DNA of 33,869 nt, taken from assembly GCA_037190965.1 (NCBI GenBank), contig JBBCKI010000005.1, positions 1 to 33,869 of the forward strand, given 5' to 3'. Positions 9,901 to 15,603 of the stretch are shown in pieces. Under the pieces are notes generated by a model. It searched no databases. It had not been told where the DNA came from and saw nothing but the letters and a program-made list of their open reading frames with translations. The DNA comes from Chthoniobacteraceae bacterium. GTDB taxonomy: Bacteria > Verrucomicrobiota > Verrucomicrobiia > Chthoniobacterales > Chthoniobacteraceae. The position numbers and the translations under genes were made by a program. Numbering within the stretch: position 1 is the stretch's first letter; each line of letters starts with the position of its first letter.

Positions 9901-11961
9901 GTCAGGAAGGCCATTATGATCGGCATCCACCTCGATGGCCTGCGCTGAAAAGCTTACATCGCCAGAGGTGCCCGCCGATACCTGGATCAGGCTATTCGCG
10001 CCATCTTGTTGAGGCTGTCGGTAGTAAACGAAAGCTCTTCCGTCGGCTCCAGTCCGCAGCGACAGGGTGACAGGAAGAGGATCCACGTCCGAGGTGGTCA
10101 TCGCCAGTCCTCCTCCGTTGCCCGTCAGGACGTTGAATGTCACGGGAGCATTGACCAGCACTTCCCCATTCCCATTTCGGACTTCGACTCCCAAAGCATC
10201 GGCGAGGAATTCCCCGGGAGGGCCCACCTGGCCGTCGGTTCCGGGAATGGCGACAACAACAGGGGTGACTCCATTGTAAAAGTCAGTCGGATCGCTCCCA
10301 GCGTTAGATTCTTGCAGATTCGTTCGGCCATCGCCGTCGGGATCGGCATTTGGATCCACCCCTAACTCTCCGAAGTATTGAACTTCCCACGAATCTGGTA
10401 AGCCATTCCAGTTTTGATCGTCTTCAGGCAAAAAGTGCGCGCTGACCTGCGCCATTGACCACGTGACTGTATTCTGCGGATAGATTTTTGGAGTCCCTGG
10501 CCCACCCTGCGGTGGGATCACCATCAGCATCGTCTTGATCCCGTTTGTCGCCAGGAAACGTCCATCGGCCAACGGCAGCAATCCGTTGAAGTCGCTATAT
10601 TCTCCTGTCGAAATCCGCCCCCCCAAGTTTCGTGAAGGCAGGCGATCCGGATCCCAAACTCGGATGAGTCCGATACCGTTGTAATCGAGCGTCGCAAGCT
10701 TACTATCGTCGAGGGCTATAATCTGCCTTCCATTTCCAAACCCAAAGGTCTCCCACGTAGCGCGGCGGTTTCGCCATCCCAAAGGTTTACCTGGCTTCTC
10801 CTCCGTAAAGAATGAGGAAGCGGCTCCCCCGGTCTGCATCCAAAGCTCGCCGCTTTCCCGCCGGTGTGCCATCCCAAAGATCCAGTACGTCGCAATCGGG
10901 GAAGAGTTACCGGCATCATCGCCTCCATTTTCGTCACGCAAAGGCGTCATCGGTCCCCATGTTTGCCGCGCGACGTCATAAGATGTCAGGTAGTTCGAAG
11001 AATCGACCTTCCTCACCGCCATGAAGATCTTTTGGTCAACGCGCGTCATGACGTGAACCCTCTCCAACGTACCCGAAGTAACAGCGGGCGCGATCAATTC
11101 ACCGTAATCTGGCGTTTGGCCCGGCTCGTTCACACTCTGGTAATTCCGCAGCACCAGCCGTTTCGAGCCATTGATGTAACCAAACCAGAACCCGCCATTC
11201 GGGTTGGCCACCATTTGTCCAGTCCCAGGGGCTGGAAAACTCCCGAGTACATCAAAATTTGTCCCATCCAGAACGGAAAACTTGCTATCCACCTGGCTCA
11301 CAACCGGGAATGGAAGCCCCTGAGAAACGACTGGATCCGTTCCATCCCTGTATTCCACCAGATTGCTCCTTCCGTCGTTGTCGGGGTCAGCGTTGGGATC
11401 GATCCCGATGTGACCGAAGTAGAACTGTTCCCACCAGTCGGGAAGACCGTTCAGGTCGGTATCATGCGCCGGATCCACACTGGTGAGATCAAACGAGAAC
11501 AGGTTTTTCACCTGGCCGATATTGGCCATCGCGTAGTCGTTGGCTGGATTTTCCGCCTCACTCCAAGGATATTTATCGGTGTATCCAACCGCAATCAGCC
11601 GGTCATAGAACGGTTTGGCAATCGCCTTGAGCTGCCCAAGGTTAACAACTGCGTAGTCGGACGTGGCTGATGTGGGAGTCTTCCAACCATCCACAAGATT
11701 TCGAAGATGAACGCCGGCTCCCCCGGGCAACCTTAGATCAAGCTCCGCTGCTGCTGCACGGGCGATGTTCTTAACCTGCCCTTGGTTGACCGCTGCAAAA
11801 TCCTGAACATTGGTTCCTGAGATCACCGGCGGATTCGACGTCGTCCACCACGATGGCGCGGACGCGATCACCGCGATCGGCAAAATCGCAATAATGAGCA
11901 AAAGGGAGTAAAGCCTTACACTTCCGAAGCCTTTTTTGGGGTCAGGAGACGGCCGGTTCAT
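1..11961 (-). CDS. Giant secreted RHS/YD-repeat protein (>=3987 aa, 3' end outside window)
   Basis: ATG at 11961, with an in-frame TAA just upstream (11992-11994). It reads MNRPSPDPKKGFGSVRLYSLLLIIAILPIAVIASAPSWW (signal-peptide-like). Spot translations in this frame are open at ~10.8, 5.3, 4.5 and 3.4 kb and at the edge (...ITTTYVYDGGNNREKKTVVGGTNAGV). The track lists no long minus ORF here, consistent with a stop-free frame leaving the window. Confidence 0.9.
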   Translation of the reverse strand, partial: MNRPSPDPKKGFGSVRLYSLLLIIAILPIAVIASAPSWWTTSNPPVISGTNVQDFAAVNQGQVKNIARAAAAELDLRLPGGAGVHLRNLVDGWKTPTSATSDYAVVNLGQLKAIAKPFYDRLIAVGYTDKYPWSEAENPANDYAMANIGQVKNLFSFDLTSVDPAHDTDLNGLPDWWEQFYFGHIGIDPNADPDNDGRSNLVEYRDGTDPVVSQGLPFPVVSQVDSKFSVLDGTNFDVLGSFPAPGTGQMVANPNGGFWFGYINGSKRLVLRNYQSVNEPGQTPDYGELIAPAVTSGTLERVHVMTRVDQKIFMAVRKVDSSNYLTSYDVARQTWGPMTPLRDENGGDDAGNSSPIATYWIFGMAHRRESGELWMQTGGAASSFFTEEKPGKPLGWRNRRATWETFGFGNGRQIIALDDSKLATLDYNGIGLIRVWDPDRLPSRNLGGRISTGEYSDFNGLLPLADGRFLATNGIKTMLMVIPPQGGPGTPKIYPQNTVTWSMAQVSAHFLPEDDQNWNGLPDSWEVQYFGELGVDPNADPDGDGRTNLQESNAGSDPTDFYNGVTPVVVAIPGTDGQVGPPGEFLADALGVEVRNGNGEVLVNAPVTFNVLTGNGGGLAMTTSDVDPLPVTLSLRTGADGRAFVYYRQPQQDGANSLIQVSAGTSGDVSFSAQAIEVDADHNGLPDAWERQYFSQTGTDPNADPDDDGRSNLEEYRNGTDPTVSQGALSQIVTVAGSEFHVFNNSLLKLGAFPCLGEGVITSDPHGGFWWGYIDGTQQLVLRNYHRLNAPGSNADYTDHVTPFASGAIQSLDAIERVDQKIYLIVRKTDGRPYFVLYDLILASWNPEMTPLLKEDGTNDPALSSSPVYGMAYRRASRELWVQYGGSTAAAYYLNARPTKPFGWRVREVSSSAGFGNGRQTIAISDTQLATIDHDSTGKIRMWDPDDLADVSKTFTFSSPVSSGEHTQFAGLARLADGRFLATNDLEHNLIVAIPPGGGTGVPHLYPVGVVTPTRVVQVSTLFMNGDQDWNGVRDSWEIEHFGQIGIDPAGDGDGDGLTNLQEFQNETDPTDYYNGANPTVTKTSGGDNQTTPANCFLPQALEVSLADANGAALRNAPLSFTVAEGGGKLSLTSDGESPLLETVSLTTDDLGKARVHYKQPLYGATTSTISVTAGDAAPVTFTANTAALVGRWRFEETDGNIATDSSGVGNDASLSGVIRGTGIESQKAILFDGGLSVQALQIDNTSNRIVPVTGKPFSISVWFRYNPIPDGTAFTLIRTGTASTSGFQLLVDNGQVHPSELGSPRLLVSSTQNGGTINFQSPASVTSDEWHHAVVVYNGTKATFYLNEVVVGSSTGTILSDTASILVGKATGESEEVRDFDGALDDLRIYHKALSEIEVQDLYRAYAPPNVAITAPGGNTGIAIDAELPVAAEAVSPSGQTVTLIEVFDGGTMLDEAAAASLSLTFSGTAEGIHVLTAKATDSRGIARTSAPVSVTIRPVPTVTLTYPQAAQTFSRNEMIRLQATASTANGSIAKVEFFTGTTKLGESFVAPFSFFWQGPEPGSHSLTAKATDDAGVTASSAPVAITVTDSSMVEITAPITGTVVVTGTPVDVTATASPMAGGSIALVEFFNGETKIGEDSTPPYTVQIASISQGVHSLTAKATDAQGVFTQSKTITLIAADPPSIRITSPGNGYVFLSGADVPVSSYATVSTGLQISRVEIFEGETKLGEATKSPFSVNLTGLTAGEHTLTAKVTDSGAGTATSDPVTIRINANPTISIATSPSGSIVPANEALTVTATVADSDGTIASVQFYDNNSFRTTVTTTPYEYTISSLAPGSHEFIAKVTDDKGGVSVSSPINLMADAPPTVVIDSPSDGDTIAAGGSLVIETTAQTDAGGITKIELFDGEAKLGEPIAGKFIWKDITLGEHVLTAKATNSNGGVGISTPVTVTAVAPPVVTLTSSAGSSPITPGSSLTLTASATSVSGSIARIDLFDGSLNIGGGSGVLSYSQTIGSITAGGHRYLAKVTDSNGIEAISAVLVINVSASGGVIGGPSHGGTGPNPPPEPGGQGRLPQTDPDPASSSSVGYMPTLSVSAQWSAPENKTNSSTIDIKLSSRFPNVSDVIIERKVSDGPWETLRTISYWLTNTWDTGLLAGKRYQYRAYGENGSYKTAYTNVVSYEVPGEIEFWHRSRGIWAWNPGYQEFVPGAPPKYYLKYSATGHSSSSEAWTNDHPIDGYSYHYWNSSGSSSYSMSDTIDPLVYFREGYEFAFSYEGSARFQSRANWKNYYDGERSSSYSGNAIRDETGAWVVDTNSNGHVNHYVYRPSYFGSPFGLIYPIDPDADWTYTVEPTEKRWIWHSSGEDLASISGAEVETLSEEYTSDRFVSDALESMSEYSDWSSVPPSPWWIPGHNIYGTWVGGVNLDHDGDYIDARQYKYKYKTKKPGVHHLDWYEIFVPKGNSPEIQVIKSRRPTLTGPGETEEFEIDLRKAALGPEDGDASIASGDYCLIQAPYVNVYDGVYYSQGGIKLDYDEKRNSAAIVKKGQTSQFSVNATGPSGTTYTLNWSGTGFVVIDTRTGQTLSSGHTFTQQEINSGTKGTTFRVVPTSGAKVDDTLQFRFDAIFDGQSVGQDQFAVTYQPDPDTVDDDKRDYTVPADYASGTRYRKIALNGRPIPDEKPQQSAETDEQKEETYVDAMTMGLRHSTTDVYVPVAGSPLVLSVRRNAASENWTMRSGLRPHERPNRPFGIGWGSNVTPHVEYVNAPDQPSYAYITDENGSVHRFIRSEYNKWQPMPTSNVEATDYLTSFDGYTFRQKFGNQITFSWTQIYLSISTDRQKGGPDEDRSYSRATSVIDRLGNSLVYTYANASTLTPMMISRSGHPDQTIYIAQNDEGLITKIWDPNGNLYRYSYDQISYNYGGATFKAWKLASVSAPDGGVTNYGYDFAVEDDLSPINSGDAPVPKFHCDLSSISDPLGKTYSFTYEFDHTKRTYTAKHGRYYTQTGLPRNVAKVTLPGSHGYATFRNNSSIAITYGSDANNTVPQLTFDSRCITSVTDAEGHTTDYRFSNGQVVSANIDAISAETTAPKIVYFTRMTIDHPIGGSEVYDFDPGAGMALKSAKDMNGNTTTFSYDDVWVVSGSPTPLFPVSGFNARYDDPTRQTNAQGESKVFTYGTQWRIMSSVLDEEGRKTEYTLDNKGRRTVGTIKNSSGATVQQTTFTYGSSAHPGVVTQRTVNRLSGDPAWAGNLVTSYGLDGSGRIASETVDPSGLNLVTHHGYDHNGNKLSTTDPNGNTTYFEYDRRNRLAWVTYADASEKHLEYDVRGNKTFETDENGHVTEFGYDDLSRLSSIKKTSGSGQNIVTRYGYNKVNSKTSVTDPNGNQTTMDYDAIQRLKSTTNPAGTTTYVYGVNSGGSVFDSSGFKPTRSTDPRGYVTNFLYDGLYRLASRSVQYGNGQYATSTFGYDRVGNQIRETDPLQKTTNIAFDALNRPTQVTYADGQRVQSSYTSTGLKWKIVDELNRVTETEYDRAGRPVKVLAPTLPGNQRPVTQTTYDDAGNVIAVINPLGNEWNYGFDERNRKRTETGPSVTDAVTGNAARPVTTWDYDNVGNLVAVTDPNGNRSNTVYDHANRPISVQAPAVIDPTDGQSKRPTTTTTYDANGNVLSVTDPNGHVTQNTYDGLNWLRTTTDGANNTVSYEYDKVGNRTKVIDGNAHSTSFDYDGLNRNTKSTDAAGRSTLFQYNSVNKTSRTDANGQLTTYSYDNRHRLKTVNYSVSSAGNRTYSYDAAGNLLSVIEPGKSGKANVTYTYDALNRVVTETSGGAAHQYEYDLAGNRLQVTYGGSGRIIVSTYDALNRLKTMTEGGRTTTYRYDLSGRVRKKELPADTMSEFTYDALGRVQTILAKAGGNDLSLTLNKYDLAGNVTTVEEQYLTGTLPSRTVHNTYDNANRLYREAVDLGSDESVDITTTYVYDGGNNREKKTVVGGTNAGV
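5825..7735 (-). repeat. Seven tandem ~90-aa bacterial Ig-like domains in the giant CDS
   Basis: Repeating P-x-V-x-I-T-x-P ... I-x-x-V-E-F-F-x-G-x-T-K-L-G-E ... G-x-H-x-L-T-A-K-A-T-D, with a period of ~270 nt. Confidence 0.85.
7745..8400 (-). other. LamG / concanavalin A-like lectin domain in the giant CDS
   Basis: LVGRWRFEETDG...FSISVWF...DEWHHAVVVYNGTKATFYLN...FDGALDDLRIYHKALS is a typical LamG signature. Confidence 0.85.
8410..11465 (-). repeat. Tandem duplication of a ~510-aa module (TSP3-like repeat, unknown beta-rich domain, TSP3-like repeat, invasin/Big_1-like domain)
   Basis: Four DxDxNG[LV]xDxWE..FG..DP..D.D.DG..NL.E...DP repeats (~11460, ~10420, ~9930, ~8885). Paired segments GGFWFGYINGSKRLVLRNY / GGFWWGYIDGTQQLVLRNY and RVDQKIF / RVDQKIY lie about 1.54 kb apart. 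Confidence 0.85.
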
Positions 11962-12036
11962 AATAAGTCTGCCAAAGGGGGAGCCCGATGTTTACGGAAG
12001 GGGCGTTAAAACGAAGAAATCACAATCACTTGCCTT

Positions 12037-14811
12037 TTACTCCGGGAGCGGACCCGCAATGAATGATCCCATGGAAAGATCTCCCTGCTCGGGAATCAGC
12101 ACCAGGTGATTGCTTCCCGAAGAAACAATCTTGGTGGCTGTGGTAGTCCCGGAAGTAACCTGCACCGCCGTCCCCGTTACGATAAAGCCGCCTGCCGCGA
12201 CTTTCGTTGTTCCAGAGAGAGTAATACCGTTGGCCGTACCGCTGGCCGTCACGTATCCCGCGCCATTCACAAGCTGATTGGTATTCGTAGGGATTGTCGG
12301 CAACCCTGATAAAGAAGCGTAGTCACCGCTGGTTGCGACTTCGGACAATCCAGTGACCTGGGTGGCCTGAATTGTCCCGCTCAGGATAGCGGCTGTGCCG
12401 CTGGTCTGGGCAAATGCGGCCGTGCCGCTGGCCGTGATATAACCCGCTCCATTGGCCAACTGATCGTTGTCCACCGGGATTGTCGGAAGTCCAGTCAACG
12501 AGCTATAAGCCCCAGTGGTTGCGACAGCCGACAACCCGTTCACCTGCGTCGCGGGAATTGTTCCAGATATGGCCAGGGCTGTTCCGCTGGCGACCACAGT
12601 CTGGAGGTTGTTACTGGCCGATAATATAGTCCCATCCGGAAGCGTCAGCGAACCGCTACCGGAAATGGCAAGATTTCCCGACACCTTGCCGTCTCCGCTG
12701 ACATCGAGCGCCGCTTGCGGAGCCGCAGTGCCAATACCGACCTTACCGTCACTCCTCACAAACAGAGCCGACGTCCCCGAATAACCCTGAGCATCAAGCA
12801 GTCCGAAGGTTGCAGAGTTCACATTTCCCCTGATAACCAACTGGCTTCCCGGAGCTGGAATATTTCCCTGCACGCCGCCAATTTGAACATTCCCTTGGCT
12901 CGTTGCGCCTTGAACACCTGATGATTGAATGAAGACGTTTCGCGAAGCGGAATCCGTTCTCATGTACCAGCCTCCATCAGCCTGGTTCACGAAGAGGTAA
13001 TTAGTAAAGGAGGGCCCCGAAAGTTCGAGCACCGGGTCCAAACCCGAGGTGCTATCGATCCTCATTCGCGCCCCAGCCCCTCTAATGTGAAGAAGCTGAG
13101 CCGGTGTCGTTGTGCCGATACCGACTCTCCCATTCGAAAGGGTCAACCCTGAAGCCGCGGGAAGGTAACGTGTGTCCGCAGCAGTCTGTGTGAGAAGAGC
13201 GCTTCCATTTGCCGTTGCAGTTCCGCTGATGGTCAATCCACCGGTGATGACTGTGTTCGCCAAGGTGGTGTTGGCGGTTCCGCTGTTTACGACATAACGT
13301 TGATCCGCCGACCCCTGTGTTAGCACGCTGGTGGGACCATCAATTGCATTCGGATCCAAAACAAGCTGCGGGGGATTACTGGCGGCGGTACCCGTCAGGA
13401 TTAAGCGATTGGAGGAATCAAGCTTCATCGCTGACACCCCAGTCCCCGAAACAGCCCTTCTCCAAACCCACTCCAGGCCCTCCTCTTGCGCCTGAATGGT
13501 CAAAGCGGGATTGTTAGCACTCGCTTCATAGCGCATCGAAACCTTGGCTGAACTCGTCTCGGCGTTGTAAACGCCGAGGGAAATCCCGGAGCCCTGAACG
13601 TCAGCCGTTCCACTGAGCGTAAGGCTCCCATGAACCACTGTGTTTCCGTTCTTCTTGACAACAAAAGCATTGGACGGCTGGTAAAGAGTATTTCCCGAAG
13701 AATCTTTTTGAACAGAAGTTCCGCTCATCAATGGTACACTCCCATTCCCAACTACAAAAAGGTCATCTTCAGGGATCCATTGACTTGAATGTCCTTGAGG
13801 AATATTAAACCTTCCAACTACGAACTGTCCCATCCCTTGAGAGACGGTTTTATGTCCAGCAGCTATGGATTCCACCCCAACTGATCGCGAGAATGGCCCG
13901 CTAGCAACTGATCGCACTCCATCAGATTGAGAAGAATTACCACTTGCAGTGGAGTTGGCCCCGAAAGCTTTAGAGCCTATTCCCCTAGCAGTAGAAAATT
14001 GTCCCGACGCCATTGCATTGGTATTGTAAGCAGTTGCGCCCAATGCACGCCCTTCTGCCGCAATTCCTACAGAGAATGCAATGTTTGCAGTAGCTTTAGC
14101 TCCCGATCCGAAAGCTGATGCCTCCTCTCCACGTGCTTCAGCATTGTTTCCAATGGCCACAGTCGAGCCATCCGCTTGCGCACCGGCGCCAAAAGCAATT
14201 GAACCGAAACCTGCCGCTTTTGCCTCGGGTCCCGCAATGGTATTTGCACCGCTTGCTGTACCTGTAGTAAAGGCTAACGCTGGGCCATAAGGATGCAAAT
14301 TAACTTGGAGAATTTCGCTTTTTATATACCTATTATCAGCTGAGTTAATGGTCAGGACATTCGAAGAATTACTGCCTCCCGATGGATCTAGAATAACTGA
14401 TGGATTCCCCAGGACGTCATAAATTGTCAGCACGTGGTCCGAATCCATCTTCATCATCGGAACCGTAGCGGTCTGATTTTCATTCTCGTGCTCCCAAACC
14501 CAGCCATGAAAAGCACGAGTAGCCGTGAACCTTAAAAGCGACGATTCAGACGTGCCCGAAATGACGGCGTCGGCGTAAGTAAGAGTAATACCCGGAATGG
14601 CGCTATTTGTCCCCGACGTGCCGAGGGTAAACTCATTTCCTCGAATATCGGCATTTCCGCTCACATCGAGATTACCGGCAACAGCGAGATCGGAGGCACG
14701 GACATCCACACCGAGGAGAAACATCGCTCCAATAGCTGCCGGAGCGAGATTCAAGATTGCTCGGCCACCGGTCCATGCTTCGGAAAAGTTCTTACTACGG
14801 TTTGATGTCAT
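12037..14811 (-). CDS. Secreted fibre/adhesin-like protein with YadA-head (Hep_Hag)-type repeats and tail-fibre-like repeats (~924 aa)
   Basis: ORF 12037..14880; I prefer the ATG at 14811 (MTSNR...AIGAMFLLGVDVRA, signal-like). It has AxAxGxxSxAxG repeats (~14260-13830), two G[RK]VGIGTxxP motifs, a duplicated ATxGxYxSLxGLPTIP..QLxNGAGY[IV]T, and no C-terminal beta-barrel. Confidence 0.8.
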   Translation of the reverse strand: MTSNRSKNFSEAWTGGRAILNLAPAAIGAMFLLGVDVRASDLAVAGNLDVSGNADIRGNEFTLGTSGTNSAIPGITLTYADAVISGTSESSLLRFTATRAFHGWVWEHENENQTATVPMMKMDSDHVLTIYDVLGNPSVILDPSGGSNSSNVLTINSADNRYIKSEILQVNLHPYGPALAFTTGTASGANTIAGPEAKAAGFGSIAFGAGAQADGSTVAIGNNAEARGEEASAFGSGAKATANIAFSVGIAAEGRALGATAYNTNAMASGQFSTARGIGSKAFGANSTASGNSSQSDGVRSVASGPFSRSVGVESIAAGHKTVSQGMGQFVVGRFNIPQGHSSQWIPEDDLFVVGNGSVPLMSGTSVQKDSSGNTLYQPSNAFVVKKNGNTVVHGSLTLSGTADVQGSGISLGVYNAETSSAKVSMRYEASANNPALTIQAQEEGLEWVWRRAVSGTGVSAMKLDSSNRLILTGTAASNPPQLVLDPNAIDGPTSVLTQGSADQRYVVNSGTANTTLANTVITGGLTISGTATANGSALLTQTAADTRYLPAASGLTLSNGRVGIGTTTPAQLLHIRGAGARMRIDSTSGLDPVLELSGPSFTNYLFVNQADGGWYMRTDSASRNVFIQSSGVQGATSQGNVQIGGVQGNIPAPGSQLVIRGNVNSATFGLLDAQGYSGTSALFVRSDGKVGIGTAAPQAALDVSGDGKVSGNLAISGSGSLTLPDGTILSASNNLQTVVASGTALAISGTIPATQVNGLSAVATTGAYSSLTGLPTIPVDNDQLANGAGYITASGTAAFAQTSGTAAILSGTIQATQVTGLSEVATSGDYASLSGLPTIPTNTNQLVNGAGYVTASGTANGITLSGTTKVAAGGFIVTGTAVQVTSGTTTATKIVSSGSNHLVLIPEQGDLSMGSFIAGPLPE
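12232..12572 (-). repeat. Two ~62-aa tail-fibre-like repeats
   Basis: SGTIPATQVNGLSAVATTGAYSSLTGLPTIPVDNDQLANGAGYITASGTA versus SGTIQATQVTGLSEVATSGDYASLSGLPTIPTNTNQLVNGAGYVTASGTA. Confidence 0.85.
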
Positions 14812-15295
14812 TTTGTAGTTCCTTTGATCACGCCAATTCAACTGACACGAGTACAGCCTTCGTCGAAGGAATCCAATCACTTTTGCTAAAACAATCTCAG
14901 CCCATCATAAAATCCTAATGAAGAGCTGAAAGCAAGAGCACGAATGGATGTGAGCGATTTGAACTCGCCCTGTAATTTTGCTGTCGACCCCGCTCCAATT
15001 TGAGATGATTCAGTATCACAAATGAAAACGATCACAACGTGAACATACTCGATGTGAACACCTATGGGCGGGCAGCATCTATGTCATGGATTCGCCGCTA
15101 TTTCGATTTCGGTCGCCTTCATTGCATCCAGCCCACAGGGTATTCCGACACCGGATGCGCTCGAACGCGTTTGCCTTTGCTTTCTTGGATCTGATGAAAA
15201 GATGCCAGATCCATCGATTCAAGAACTCCATGGGAATGATCCATCACTCCCGCTGCATCCTCACCGGTAAAACCCCAACAGAAACAATTACATCA

Positions 15296-15331
15296 CCAAA
15301 GGCTCCCATCGTAAGATGGGGCCCCCTTTGG
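15296..15331 (-). terminator. Hairpin downstream of tRNA-Lys, possible terminator
   Basis: Imperfect inverted repeat ccaaaggctcccatc-gtaa-gatggggccccctttgg, ~15 nt past the tRNA 3' end; the U-tract is weak. Confidence 0.45.
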
Positions 15332-15345
15332 AAGGATTCAAGAGA

Positions 15346-15417
15346 TGGGTTGGCTGGGACTCGAACCCAGAACCAACGCCTTAAAAGGGCGCTGCTCTAC
15401 CATTGAGCTACCAACCC
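15346..15417 (-). tRNA. tRNA-Lys (anticodon UUU), CCA not encoded
   Basis: The reverse complement GGGTTGG TA GCTC AATGGTA GAGC A GCGCC CTTTTAA GGCGT TGGTT CTGGG TTCGAGT CCCAG CCAACCC A folds as a full cloverleaf. Confidence 0.96.
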
Positions 15418-15603
15418 GTCTTGTCCGACGTTTCCCTCTGAAAAGAGGGACGGACTGTTTACGCGAGGACGGCGCGTAACGCAAGCAAAGAACGTGCAGA
15501 AATTTTTGGGACACAGGAATTTCGGTTTTTTTTTCCGCCGGATCCTCCCCCGGATGGCAATTTGCTTGCCGCCCGGGCGGGTGGAGAGAAAATCAGGGCC
15601 GAT

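Noticed and set aside
184..11670. Many + strand ORFs (e.g. 673..1713, 1891..2949, 10864..11670)
   Set aside because: Antisense shadows of the giant minus-strand CDS; Val/Gly/Arg-rich with no motifs.
12037..14880. Prophage, or a complete trimeric autotransporter
   Set aside because: No other phage genes in the window, and no C-terminal beta-barrel anchor ending in an aromatic residue.
15064..15406. Short ORFs between the fibre gene and tRNA-Lys
   Set aside because: No recognisable motifs, one overlaps the tRNA, and no integrase remnant is evident.
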